Assembly: GCA_035578045.1 (NCBI GenBank)
Contig: DATJWP010000096.1
Coordinates: 18,623-82,622 of the forward strand
DNA: 64,000 nt
Direction of reading: 5' to 3'
DNA from: Polyangia bacterium
Lineage (GTDB): Bacteria; Myxococcota_A; Polyangia; Fen-1088
Under the pieces are notes generated by a model, which saw only the letters and a program-made list of their open reading frames with translations, was not told the origin of the DNA and ran no database searches. The first letter of the stretch is position 1; every line of letters starts with the position of its first letter. The position numbers were made by a program, and so were the translations under genes. Below, one piece after another: positions 34,903 to 44,295 of the stretch.

Positions 34903-36633
34903 ATGAAAAGGTCTGCGCTGTCGGCGGCTCTGGTCACGCTGCTCGGGCTCGGTGCCTCCGGCACCGCCCGGGCGACCGACTACTACGTGGCCACGGACGG
35001 GAGCGATTCGAACCCCGGCACGATGGACATGCCGTTCGCCACCCTGCAGAAGGGGGCCAGCGTGGCGGCCGCGGGCGACACCGTCTACATCCGGGGCGGG
35101 ACCTACAAGATCACGACGCCCGCCAACAGCGGCGCGGGGATCAACTTCACGAAGAGCGGGACCTCGGACACGAACCGGATCAAGTACTGGGCCTACCCGG
35201 GAGAGACCCCGGTCTTCGACTTCACGAACCTGGTCATCTCGACGACCGGCTACACCATGGGGTTCGTGGTGAACGCCAGCTACCTGCACTTCAAGGGGCT
35301 GGAGATCTGCTGCGTGCCGATGAACATGTTCTCGAACAACGGCATCTCGGTGGATGGCAGCTCCGGCCACGACATCTTCGAGCAGCTCAACATGCACCAC
35401 AACAGCGGCAACGGGATCTTCGTGGGCAACAAGAGCGGCGGCGGACACCAGATCGTCAACTGCGACGCGCACGACAACTACGACGCGACGTCCAACCAAG
35501 GCCAGGGGCAGAACGCCGACGGCTTCGGCGTCCACTACCAGACCACGGGCGACACGACGATCATCCGCGGCTGCCGATCCTGGTGGAACTCCGACGACGG
35601 CTACGACCTGATCAACCAGGAGGTCCCCGTCACCGTCGAGAACTCCTGGGCGTTCGGCAACGGCTACGCCATGTACGGCACCTTCAACCCGGCCGACGGG
35701 AACGGCAACGGGTTCAAGATGGGGTCCAGCCAGACCGGCATCCGCCACCTGGTGCAGAACAACGTCGCCTGGAAGAACAAGGCCAGCGGCTTCTACGCCA
35801 ACCATTCGACGGGCGGGAACACCTGGTACAACAACACGTCGTTCATGAACGGGACCCAGTACAACATGCTGGCCAGTCCGGCCGGCGATCCGAACACGAC
35901 CATCACGTTGACCGGATCGCTGGTTCACATCATGCGCAACAACATCGGCTACCCGAACAAGAACACCAACATGACGGGCGTCGACACCATGTTCAACACC
36001 TGGGACCTGAGCATCACGCCGGCCGGCAGCGACTTCGCCAGCATCGCCGATCCCAGCGTCTCGATGACCGGCATGGCCATCGAGGGGATGGGCGCGCTCG
36101 GCCCGCGCCAGGCCGACGGCAGCCTCCCCGACGTCGACTTCCTGACGCTGTCGGCAGCCAGTCGAATGATCGACAAGGGGACTGACGTGGGCCTTCCGTA
36201 CGTGGGAGCGGCGCCGGATCTGGGCGCCTACGAGTACGGCGCGACGCCGGCCAGCGGCACGGGCGGGACCGGCACGGGGGGAACCGGGACCGGCGGGACC
36301 GGGACCGGCGGAACCGGCACGGGAGGCAAGGCCACTGGCGGCGGCGGGATCGCCGGCTCTGCGGGGCGGGCCGGCACCGGCGGCGCCGGCGTGGCCGCCG
36401 GCGGTCGCTCGGGGACCGGCGGCACGGCTCCCGTCGACGCCGGCACGGCGTTGGGGACCGGCGGCACGACCACCGGGACGGGCGGCTCGGGGACCGGCGG
36501 CGCCACGGGCACGGACGAATCCGGCTCGGCAGGCTGCGCGTGCGCCGTCGAGGCGCGACCGCCGGCCGGCGCGCTCGCGCTCGCGGTGGCCCTCCTGGGC
36601 GCCTTCGTGGTTCGGCGCCGCCGCTCGCGTTGA
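34903..36633 (+). CDS. Secreted right-handed beta-helix polysaccharide-lyase-like protein (pectate lyase superfamily) with a MYXO-CTERM tag
   Basis: Signal peptide. DYYVATDGSDSNPGT..PFATLQKG..GDTVYIRGGTYK is followed by beta-helix repeats. A GTGGT linker precedes the C-terminus GCACAV..LAVALLGAFVVRRRRSR. Confidence 0.75.
   Translation: MKRSALSAALVTLLGLGASGTARATDYYVATDGSDSNPGTMDMPFATLQKGASVAAAGDTVYIRGGTYKITTPANSGAGINFTKSGTSDTNRIKYWAYPGETPVFDFTNLVISTTGYTMGFVVNASYLHFKGLEICCVPMNMFSNNGISVDGSSGHDIFEQLNMHHNSGNGIFVGNKSGGGHQIVNCDAHDNYDATSNQGQGQNADGFGVHYQTTGDTTIIRGCRSWWNSDDGYDLINQEVPVTVENSWAFGNGYAMYGTFNPADGNGNGFKMGSSQTGIRHLVQNNVAWKNKASGFYANHSTGGNTWYNNTSFMNGTQYNMLASPAGDPNTTITLTGSLVHIMRNNIGYPNKNTNMTGVDTMFNTWDLSITPAGSDFASIADPSVSMTGMAIEGMGALGPRQADGSLPDVDFLTLSAASRMIDKGTDVGLPYVGAAPDLGAYEYGATPASGTGGTGTGGTGTGGTGTGGTGTGGKATGGGGIAGSAGRAGTGGAGVAAGGRSGTGGTAPVDAGTALGTGGTTTGTGGSGTGGATGTDESGSAGCACAVEARPPAGALALAVALLGAFVVRRRRSR
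36256..36330 (+). repeat. 15-nt (GTGGT pentapeptide) tandem coding repeat, 5 units
   Basis: The units are ggcacgggcgggacc, ggcacggggggaacc, gggaccggcgggacc, gggaccggcggaacc and ggcacgggaggcaag. Confidence 0.65.
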
Positions 36634-36637
36634 GGCG

Positions 36638-37006
36638 CTACTCGATCTCGAGCAGCTCGACCTCGAACAGCAGCGTGGCGTGCGGCGGAATGACGCCGCC
36701 CGCGCCGCGCGCGCCGTAGCCGAGATCGGGCGGGATGAGGAGCGTGCGCTTGCCGCCCTTCTTCATCGTCGCCACGCCCTGGTCCCATCCCTTGATCACG
36801 CGCCCCTGTCCCAGCGGGAACGTGAACGGGCGGCCGCGATCGACGGAGCTGTCGAACTTGGCGCCCTTCGCGCCGTCGACCCAGAGCCAGCCGGTGTAGT
36901 GCATCACGCAGGTCTGGCCCTGGGCAGGAGTCGCACCCGTACCGGGTGCGGTGTCTTCGTACTGGAGCCCGCTCGACGTCATGGTCATCGCCATGCGCCA
37001 CAGCAT
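36638..37006 (-). CDS. FKBP-type peptidyl-prolyl cis-trans isomerase
   Basis: Motifs [31 protein letters not shown]...MK.GGKR.L.IPP.LGYG and [13 protein letters not shown]. Confidence 0.9.
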   Translation of the reverse strand: MLWRMAMTMTSSGLQYEDTAPGTGATPAQGQTCVMHYTGWLWVDGAKGAKFDSSVDRGRPFTFPLGQGRVIKGWDQGVATMKKGGKRTLLIPPDLGYGARGAGGVIPPHATLLFEVELLEIE

Positions 37007-37072
37007 GTCACGGGAAGCCGGTGTAGAGCAGGGGCCATTGCTCTGGACGGCGTCCTGTGCGAATCGATCCGG

Positions 37073-38209
37073 ATGCGACGAAGCCTGGCCGCGTGGTCCG
37101 CGCTGGCGATGGCGCTTTCGGCCTGTTCGTCCTCGAGCGGCGGGTCCGGGTCCGGCGGGTCCGGAGCCGGCGGAACCGGGGGCCAGGCGGGCGGACCCGG
37201 CCAGGCCGGTACGGACGGTCAGGCAGGTAGGGCCGGACAGGCCGAGGCGACGGGCGGCGCCGTCGCCTCGACCGGTGGCATCGGCGCGGCCGGCTCCGGT
37301 GGACGCGGCGATGGGGCCGGCGGAAGCGGCGGTGGCGCCGGGGCAGCGGCCGGCGGCGCCGGCGGACGCTCCGCGGGCGGTTCACCTGGTGCCGGCGGCA
37401 GCGGTTCGCAGGTCTGCGGCATGGGCGCCGAGAACGACAACGTTGCTTTGACCTGCCCGAACGGACAGGTCATCGCCGGCGTCGTGTTCGCCAGCTTCGG
37501 AACGCCGGCCGGAGCCTGCGGGGCGTTCACGGCGGGCGCCTGCGACGCGACCGACTCCGTCCCGCTGGTCAATGCCCTCTGCGTCGGGCGCTCCGCCTGC
37601 ACCATCCCGGCCAGGAACGACGTGTTCGGCGACCCGTGCGACAAGACAACGAAGAGCTTCGCCGTCGAGGTCAGCTGCGGAGCGGTGGCCAGCGCAAACA
37701 GCGGCTGTCCGTTCTCGGGCCACGTCACCTATACGCTGACCAGGTCGGCGAACCCCACCGCCGACGAGCAGACCGCCTACGACGAGATCACGGTCGCGAT
37801 GGACGCCGCCGTCGCCATGTACAACTGCTACGCGAACATCACCAAGGCCGACACCGTCACCTACAACACCGGCGTCCAGACCGCCGACGGCAACGTCAAC
37901 GGCTCGATCCGCTTCGGCCCCGACTCGACGTACAGGACGATGCCGACCTCCATGCACGAGATCGGCCATACCGTCGGGATCGGCAGCGCGCCGTTCGACG
38001 CGCTGGTGAGCAACGGCATCTTCACGGGCACGAACGCCACCAATCAGCTCCGCGCGATCACGGGCAACGCGACCGACCAGGTCAACGCCGACCAGATGCA
38101 CTTCTGGCCCTACGGCCTCAATTACGACAGCGAGTACCACGACATCAACGACGGCATCGACCACTGCAAGATGGTCACGGCAATCCGCAAGGACATGGGG
38201 ATGAACTGA
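37073..38209 (+). CDS. Secreted lipoprotein with a SUEL-type (galactose-binding) lectin domain plus an HExxH domain
   Basis: ATG at 37073 within track ORF 36680..38209. Lipobox LSACS. Lectin motif [24 protein letters not shown]...[22 protein letters not shown]. The C-terminal domain carries [11 protein letters not shown]. Confidence 0.7.
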   Translation: MRRSLAAWSALAMALSACSSSSGGSGSGGSGAGGTGGQAGGPGQAGTDGQAGRAGQAEATGGAVASTGGIGAAGSGGRGDGAGGSGGGAGAAAGGAGGRSAGGSPGAGGSGSQVCGMGAENDNVALTCPNGQVIAGVVFASFGTPAGACGAFTAGACDATDSVPLVNALCVGRSACTIPARNDVFGDPCDKTTKSFAVEVSCGAVASANSGCPFSGHVTYTLTRSANPTADEQTAYDEITVAMDAAVAMYNCYANITKADTVTYNTGVQTADGNVNGSIRFGPDSTYRTMPTSMHEIGHTVGIGSAPFDALVSNGIFTGTNATNQLRAITGNATDQVNADQMHFWPYGLNYDSEYHDINDGIDHCKMVTAIRKDMGMN

Positions 38210-38211
38210 CC

Positions 38212-40794
38212 GTGGCCGACCTACATCCCACCCTGCGCGAGCTGGCGGCCGGCCTCACGCTGGCCACCGGCCAGAAGCACAAGGTCGTCGTCCCCAAGCT
38301 GGACGTCGACACGATCGAGATGGAAGACATCCACTTCCACCACAACAGCGACGTGGTGCTGCCCTGGGGGTATGGCGAGGAGACCGGGCTCGACGACGAC
38401 CAGGACCGGCTGTCCGGCATCTCGGTGATCGCCGCGGCCCTCCGTTATGCCAAGGACAACCCGTCGAAGAAGCTGCTGCTGGCGGGCCACACCGATTCGT
38501 CGGGCGAGTCCGACTACAACCGAAAGCTGTCGGAGGCCCGCGCCAAGACCACCAAGGCGCTGCTGACGGACGACAAGTCGGGCTGGGGCAGCCTGTGCGT
38601 CGAACACCAGACGGTCGAGGACCTGCAGCAGACGCTGCTCTGGGTCGCGGCGACCCACGGCTGGCCGTGCAACCCGGGCCCGATCGACGACACGATGGGC
38701 CCGAAGACCCAGGCGGCCCGCCGGGCGTTTCGCAAGCGCTACAACGACGAGTTCTCCGCTTCACTGCCGCTCGACGCCGAGGAGACGTCAGCCCAGGACT
38801 GGGAAGCTTTCTTCGACCTCTTCGATCTCGGCCTGCAGGACGAGCTGGGCGACGACCTGAGCGCGTGCCGGTCGGCGCTGTCTTTCTACAGCCCGGACAT
38901 CCTGGCCTGCGGCGAGGACTTCGCCGAGGGGGACAACAGCCCGGCGGGGATGCGGTCGGTGGCGGACCGCCGGGTCGACATGCTCTTCCTCGATCCCTCG
39001 AAGCCGTATCCGGATTTCTTTTCCGAGAAGCCGCCCGGCAATTCCATCTATGGCCCCGTGCCGCTGGTCAAGCGACGCTACCTCCCGGTGGCTCCGCCGG
39101 TTCAGCTCGCGCTCAAACTGACGGCCATCGAGGGGCTGTACCCGCCCGGCTTCAAGCAGGACGGCGACGTGGCGCCCAAGGCCTCCGGCTACAATGAAGG
39201 TTATCTCAGCGAAGACGATCTGGGCCGGGTCTTCGTCAACCACAAGCCGCGCACCGACCCCACCCAGGCCTGGGACGACGTCGTCACCAAGGACACGCAA
39301 TACATCGAGCTGGAGGCTTCCGTCGAGCTGGTCCAGGGCCCGAAGATCCCGCCCGAGGCGCGCGTCCAGTGGGAATGGTTCGATCCCAACGACAAGGACC
39401 ACCCGGACACGAACGCGCACGGCGCGCTGGTTCCCGACCAGGTCGACGTGGACGGCCGGGCGCGCAGCATGCTGAACCGCGGGACGTGCGACTTCCCCAA
39501 GCCCGGCAGCAAGGACATGGCCCGCTTCGGTCAGGCGGGCGATTTCGGTTTTGCCGACGCGGCCACCGTGAAGCTCGCCGACACGCAGATCACGGACGGC
39601 ACCAGCCGGGTGCGGCTGCACGTCAGCAACGTCGCCGGCGACAACTTCGTCGTCGTGGCGCGCCTCAAGAACTCGCCGCGCGTCGCTCCTTCGGGGCAGG
39701 TGCGCACCGGGGTGATGACGGTGTGGAAGCGGATCGACGTCGAGTACGTGAAGATGGCCGGCGCCTTCTCGCTGCCGGTCGATCAGGTGCCGCCGTTCTT
39801 CGAGCCGGCGCGCGTCCAGATGGACTTCGCCCCCGAGCGCCCGGTGCCGTCCCAGCACTTTCTCACCAAGCTCGACAAGGATAAGGAGTCGGCCTGCGCG
39901 ATGTACGCCACGGCTTCGAATGGCGAATTCAAGTTAGAAGGGAAGCCCGGATGGTTCTTCCTGGCGGCGGCCGAGCGGTGTTCCAGCGAGAACGCTAGCT
40001 CACCCAGCGATGGTGGCCCGAAGACGGTTTACCGGGGCAAGGCCCGGGTGGCCCAGGCGAGCGGAGGCGGAGAGAACTGGGAGAAGCTGGTCGTCGATCA
40101 GGTCATCACCGACAAGGTCGCGATCGTTACCGTGCACGACGTCGAGGGCGGTCCAAGGGGCTTCCAACCGATTTGGAAGAAACAGGTCACCGGCAACCAG
40201 ACGCACCTGCACCTGTGGGGCATCGACTACCAGTCGGACTTCGAGGTACCGCGTGGCCAGAAGACGGGTTTGCTCGGCGCTCCCGGGAAGGGCGGCGCCT
40301 ACGACAAGACGGACAACTACTACCTCCAGCACCGGTTCCGGTACCCTTCCAGCGCTTGGGAGCCGGGCGGGATGGGGTTCGCCGACGAGGTGTTCATCAA
40401 AGCGGCGCCGCCGGGAACAACGGAGACCACCGGCCTCAGCCCCAGCGCGCGCTTCGCGGGGCAGGAGTACTTCGCGGGCCGGTTGTTGATCTTCACGCGC
40501 GCCTTCGAGGCGACGTCACTAGACGCCGACGACGTGGTCAGCACGATCGTCCACGAGTTCACCCACGCCTTCGGCTATCCGCACAAGTGCGGCTATTACG
40601 GCTGGCCGCAACCGCCCGAGTTCAGCTGCTCGATGAATTACTTCCTCACCTGGATCTACAAGGTCGGGACGCGCGAGCTGCAACGGTTCTTCTTCGGCAC
40701 GTCCGGGGGGCACCTCTGTTCGAAGCACCTGTCAGGCGTCCGCGAGGTGAACCTGGAAGACAACCCAGCTATCTGGAAGTGGAGCGGCTCGTGA
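38212..40794 (+). CDS. OmpA-like plus peptidoglycan-binding-like plus large metzincin-motif protein, no signal peptide seen
   Basis: GTG start 2 nt after the previous stop. OmpA_C-like region IHFHHNSDVVLP..LLLAGHTDSSGESDYNRKLSEARA. PG_binding-like region LQQTLLWVAATHGWPCNPGPIDDTMGPKTQAARRAF. Near the C-terminus, HEFTHAFGYPH (HExxHxxGxxH) is followed by CSMNY (Met-turn-like). Confidence 0.7.
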   Translation: MADLHPTLRELAAGLTLATGQKHKVVVPKLDVDTIEMEDIHFHHNSDVVLPWGYGEETGLDDDQDRLSGISVIAAALRYAKDNPSKKLLLAGHTDSSGESDYNRKLSEARAKTTKALLTDDKSGWGSLCVEHQTVEDLQQTLLWVAATHGWPCNPGPIDDTMGPKTQAARRAFRKRYNDEFSASLPLDAEETSAQDWEAFFDLFDLGLQDELGDDLSACRSALSFYSPDILACGEDFAEGDNSPAGMRSVADRRVDMLFLDPSKPYPDFFSEKPPGNSIYGPVPLVKRRYLPVAPPVQLALKLTAIEGLYPPGFKQDGDVAPKASGYNEGYLSEDDLGRVFVNHKPRTDPTQAWDDVVTKDTQYIELEASVELVQGPKIPPEARVQWEWFDPNDKDHPDTNAHGALVPDQVDVDGRARSMLNRGTCDFPKPGSKDMARFGQAGDFGFADAATVKLADTQITDGTSRVRLHVSNVAGDNFVVVARLKNSPRVAPSGQVRTGVMTVWKRIDVEYVKMAGAFSLPVDQVPPFFEPARVQMDFAPERPVPSQHFLTKLDKDKESACAMYATASNGEFKLEGKPGWFFLAAAERCSSENASSPSDGGPKTVYRGKARVAQASGGGENWEKLVVDQVITDKVAIVTVHDVEGGPRGFQPIWKKQVTGNQTHLHLWGIDYQSDFEVPRGQKTGLLGAPGKGGAYDKTDNYYLQHRFRYPSSAWEPGGMGFADEVFIKAAPPGTTETTGLSPSARFAGQEYFAGRLLIFTRAFEATSLDADDVVSTIVHEFTHAFGYPHKCGYYGWPQPPEFSCSMNYFLTWIYKVGTRELQRFFFGTSGGHLCSKHLSGVREVNLEDNPAIWKWSGS

Positions 40795-41627
40795 GCCAGG
40801 AGCAAGGCCAGGAAAAAGGTGAGGATCAGACCGAGTTGAGCTTGCGGCTGCGGGCACCGGCCACGGCGACGGCGGGGCTGCTGCCGCTGTTCGTCGAGGT
40901 GACTCTGGCGAACGACAACGAGGCGACCGACTACTACGCCCTAACGAACTGCGATCCCTGGTCACCGCCGTTCCCGGTGGAGTTCACGTTGAGCGGGGAG
41001 GGTGGAGAAGTCACCTTACCGGCGAGATCCACCGCCACCGCCGGCGCGACGCCGACCGGATTCGATCTCCTGCCCCACCAGGCCCGAACTTTCGTGTTGG
41101 ACCTGTCGGAGCTCGAGACGGACGTGCCGCCCGGCGCCTGGCGGCTCTCGGCCCGCTGGGTCATGCGCCACGAGCAGCCGCGATCGTCGCCGGTCTCGAT
41201 CACTTTCGAGGCGGGCGACCCCGCCGACGCGCCGCTGATCCGGCGGTTGCGTGGCCTCGGTGGCGGGACCTCTCCGTCCTGGGCGAACCTGATCCAGGAG
41301 CGGGCCGCGCTTGACGACGAGGCCTTGCGGCGGCTGTCGGCGTCCAGCCGCCGGACGCTGCTGCCCTACCTGATCCTTCACGAGGCCGTGCATGGTCCCC
41401 AGCCCCTGTCGCAGCTCCCGCTCGAGTTCCTATCGGCGCACTTCCAGGGTCCCTGGGCCAGCGAGGCCAGCGTGCTGACGTACGAGCTCTTCTCCGCTCG
41501 GGCGGTGCCCGATCTCGCTGCAAGGCGGGCGGCCATCCTCGCGCGCTGGCCGGGTGTCGAATTCCGGCTGGACCAGGTCGATCGGGGCGCGGGCCTGCTC
41601 ACGCTCTGGCGCGAGGAATACCGATGA
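40791..41627 (+). CDS. Hypothetical protein, translationally coupled partner
   Basis: The GTG overlaps the upstream stop (GTGA). 278 aa, no signal peptide and no recognised motif. Confidence 0.55.
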   Translation: MSQEQGQEKGEDQTELSLRLRAPATATAGLLPLFVEVTLANDNEATDYYALTNCDPWSPPFPVEFTLSGEGGEVTLPARSTATAGATPTGFDLLPHQARTFVLDLSELETDVPPGAWRLSARWVMRHEQPRSSPVSITFEAGDPADAPLIRRLRGLGGGTSPSWANLIQERAALDDEALRRLSASSRRTLLPYLILHEAVHGPQPLSQLPLEFLSAHFQGPWASEASVLTYELFSARAVPDLAARRAAILARWPGVEFRLDQVDRGAGLLTLWREEYR

Positions 41628-41995
41628 GGTCTATCGCCGTCCTATTGCTGGGCGCCCTGAGCGCCTGCCAGTACGCCGTTCCCGAGGCGCAGGGTGCGGC
41701 GCCGCAGCGCCGAGACGACGCTGGGCTCACCGATGCGGCGGCCAAAGAGCGCCAGCCGGACCGGCGGTCATCTAAGGATTCCCTGGTCGGCCTCACCCGC
41801 AAGCAGCTCCTGGCACGTCGCGGGGCGCCGACCAGGAAGGAAGGCGGCCGATGGATCTACACGTCCGACCAGTCGGGTTGCCGCGACAGGATCGTCAACG
41901 AGGTCGTCACTTTTGAGGGCGATCGGGTCGCGCGCGTGACGCTGCAATTTCGCCATACCACCGAGGATTGCGGCATCATGCCGGGGCTCCGCTGA
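41624..41995 (+). CDS. Small lipoprotein (BamE/SmpA-OmlA-like fold suspected)
   Basis: The ATG overlaps the upstream stop (ATGA). Lipobox LSACQ. The segment GLTRKQLLARRGAPTRKEGGRWIY resembles SmpA_OmlA. Confidence 0.6.
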   Translation: MRSIAVLLLGALSACQYAVPEAQGAAPQRRDDAGLTDAAAKERQPDRRSSKDSLVGLTRKQLLARRGAPTRKEGGRWIYTSDQSGCRDRIVNEVVTFEGDRVARVTLQFRHTTEDCGIMPGLR

Positions 41996-41997
41996 GC

Positions 41998-42885
41998 ATG
42001 CCCGCCGTCGACCAGTCGGTGCGGTTGCTGGCGGCTTCCGGGCCGGTCACGGCGGTGCTCGGGTCGCCTGGCCGCGCGGGCGACACCAATGCGATCCGGA
42101 CCAACGAGGCGCGGGCGATCTTGCTGGAGCTGCGGCGCGACGAGGCCTGGCCGGCGCTGGTCGCGCTGCATGAGCTGGCGATGGGCTTCGAGGTTCATCT
42201 TCCGTCTCGGGTCGCGTCGGAAGAGCTGGCGGAGGGGATCGAGGAGGCGCTCGAGGCCGGCCGGCTCTGGTTCTACCGAGGCTGGGGCGGGCTGGCGGGC
42301 GGAGCGGCGGACGGGGCCGGCGCTTTCGCCAATGGGCCCGCCGCAGAGCTGGCGCGCGACCTGGTGGGCGGGCAGGGCGACGTGTTTCTCGACGGGCGCC
42401 AGTATCGCCTGGTGCCCGCCGGCATCGTGAGCGCGGGGTTCGTGGGGGACGACTACCGCCCGGTCGCGCCGGCCGAGGCGCGTGGCCTGATCGAGCGGAT
42501 GGCGGCGCGCTTCACCCGCCGGCCCGACTTCCGTGGACGCTGGGAGCAGGCCGCGGGGCTGCTGACGGACGGTAGCGACGAGAACGGGCTGATGCTCCTG
42601 CGCTACACCCCGCCCAGCGGGGGCGTCGCGCCCGCCGACGAAGCGCCCGCGACGACCCCTTCGCAGCTCAAGCCCGCGATCGCGCCCGAGTACTGGATCG
42701 AGATCGAGCTGGTCTACGACGACGACACACCCTTCGACGGGAGCAGCCAGCTCCAGCTGCCGGGCGGGCGCACCATCGACGCCACGCCCGACGAAAGCGG
42801 GGTGGTCCGGGTCGACGGGCTGACGGCGGACGGCGACTGCAAGCTGACGTTCCCGGACATCGCGGCGGCGCTCGGTCCGTCCTGA
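41998..42885 (+). CDS. Hypothetical protein, last gene of the five-gene operon
   Basis: ATG 2 nt after the previous stop. 295 aa. The C-terminal 70 aa are beta-rich (YWIEIELVYDDDTPFDG..VVRVDGLTADGDCKLTF). Confidence 0.55.
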   Translation: MPAVDQSVRLLAASGPVTAVLGSPGRAGDTNAIRTNEARAILLELRRDEAWPALVALHELAMGFEVHLPSRVASEELAEGIEEALEAGRLWFYRGWGGLAGGAADGAGAFANGPAAELARDLVGGQGDVFLDGRQYRLVPAGIVSAGFVGDDYRPVAPAEARGLIERMAARFTRRPDFRGRWEQAAGLLTDGSDENGLMLLRYTPPSGGVAPADEAPATTPSQLKPAIAPEYWIEIELVYDDDTPFDGSSQLQLPGGRTIDATPDESGVVRVDGLTADGDCKLTFPDIAAALGPS

Positions 42886-42955
42886 ACCGTTCCGCAGGGT
42901 TTTCGCAGTCGTCACCTGGGCGGGGCACCGGACCGGGCAAACATCCCCGTTTCCC

Positions 42956-44116
42956 GTGCGACGTCTGCTCTCGGTCCTTGTCGTCACGTTGCTGGCGTCC
43001 CGGGCGGGCGCCGAGCCCGACCGTCAGGCGCGGGCGGCGCTCGGCCGCGCGATCTTCTTCGATCGCGCCCTGTCGGAGCCGGCCGGGACCAGCTGCGCCA
43101 GCTGCCACGATCCGGCGCGGGCATTTTCGGGCGACAACGGATCGGGCGCGGGCGTGCCGGCGGGGAGCCGGCGCGGCCAGCTGGCCCGGCGCAGCACACC
43201 TTCGCTGCTGTACCTGAAGTTCGTCCCGCCCTTCCGGTTCGTGGGCGAGCCGGAAAAGCACGCGCTGGACCAGGAGCCGTACGGCGGCTTCTTCTGGGAC
43301 GGGCGCGCCAACACGATCGCCGAGCTGACGCAGCAGCCGCTGCTGAACCCGCGCGAGATGAACAACCGCGACCTGGCGCAGATCGCGCGCAAGCTGCGGC
43401 GCGCGCGATATGCGCCCGCGTTCCTGAGGGAGTTTCCCGAGGCGTCCCGCGACGACGGCCAGGCGGTGGCGGCGCTGGGCATCGCCGTCGAGGAGTTCCT
43501 GACCTCGCCCCAGATGGCGCCGTTCTCGTCGAAGTACGACGACTTCGCGGCTGGTAAGGCCACGCTGTCGGTGGCCGAGGCGCGCGGGCTGGCGCTGTTC
43601 CGCGATCGCAAGCGCGGCAACTGCGTCCGCTGCCACACGCTCTCCAGCCACCCGCCCTCCGTCGAGCGGTCGCTGTTCACCGACTTCGGGTACGAGGTGG
43701 TGGGCGCTCCCCGCAACCGCCACTTGCCCCGGGGCTTCCGCCAGCCCGACGACCGCGGCCTGTGCGAGCGCACCGACACCAACGTCCCGTCCAACGAGAC
43801 GCAGTGGTGCGCCAGCTTCCGGACCCCGTCCTTGCGGAACGTCGCCCTGCGCCCCAGCTTCATGCACAACGGCGCCTTCACCAGCCTGCGCGACGTGATC
43901 GTCTTTTACGCCACGCGGGCCACCGACCCGCGACGCTGGTACCGCCAGGCGCTGTATGACGATACGCCCGTGCCATACCGCGGCCTGATCGACACGGTCA
44001 GCGTCCCTTACAACCGCAAGCCGGGAGACCCGCCGGCCTTCACGGACGCCGAGATCGACGACCTGGTGGCGTTCCTGCAGACCCTGACCGACCGGCGACT
44101 GCCCGAACGTCCGTGA
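42956..44116 (+). CDS. Di-heme cytochrome c peroxidase (CCP/MauG family)
   Basis: Signal peptide. Heme motifs CASCHD and CVRCHT. Conserved FFWDGRA and SLRNVA..FMHNG. Confidence 0.85.
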   Translation: MRRLLSVLVVTLLASRAGAEPDRQARAALGRAIFFDRALSEPAGTSCASCHDPARAFSGDNGSGAGVPAGSRRGQLARRSTPSLLYLKFVPPFRFVGEPEKHALDQEPYGGFFWDGRANTIAELTQQPLLNPREMNNRDLAQIARKLRRARYAPAFLREFPEASRDDGQAVAALGIAVEEFLTSPQMAPFSSKYDDFAAGKATLSVAEARGLALFRDRKRGNCVRCHTLSSHPPSVERSLFTDFGYEVVGAPRNRHLPRGFRQPDDRGLCERTDTNVPSNETQWCASFRTPSLRNVALRPSFMHNGAFTSLRDVIVFYATRATDPRRWYRQALYDDTPVPYRGLIDTVSVPYNRKPGDPPAFTDAEIDDLVAFLQTLTDRRLPERP

Positions 44117-44117
44117 C

Positions 44118-44152
44118 GGTCCTGCAGCAGCAGGACCCGTCCCCGAGGGACG
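44118..44152 (+). terminator. Two consecutive GC-rich hairpins after the peroxidase gene
   Basis: GGTCCTGC-agca-GCAGGACC (8 bp) starts 2 nt after the stop. It is followed immediately by CGTCCC-cgag-GGGACG. No U-tract. Confidence 0.4.
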
Positions 44153-44295
44153 ACATGCGCCGGTCATCTTGCGCGCGTTCGGCGCGGTCTTCGTTCTGCT
44201 CGATCTCAACCTTCGTCTTTTGGGCCTGATCCTGGGCGCCTTCACCCTTCGGGGCTGTTGACCCTCCTCGGCCAGATCGGCGCGAAGCGACGCTC

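Noticed and set aside
37073-42885. Calling the OmpA/metzincin operon a T6SS, eCIS or polymorphic-toxin effector locus.
   Set aside because: The window contains no sheath, tube, baseplate, VgrG, PAAR or Rhs genes. The idea is kept only as a hypothesis inside the finding.
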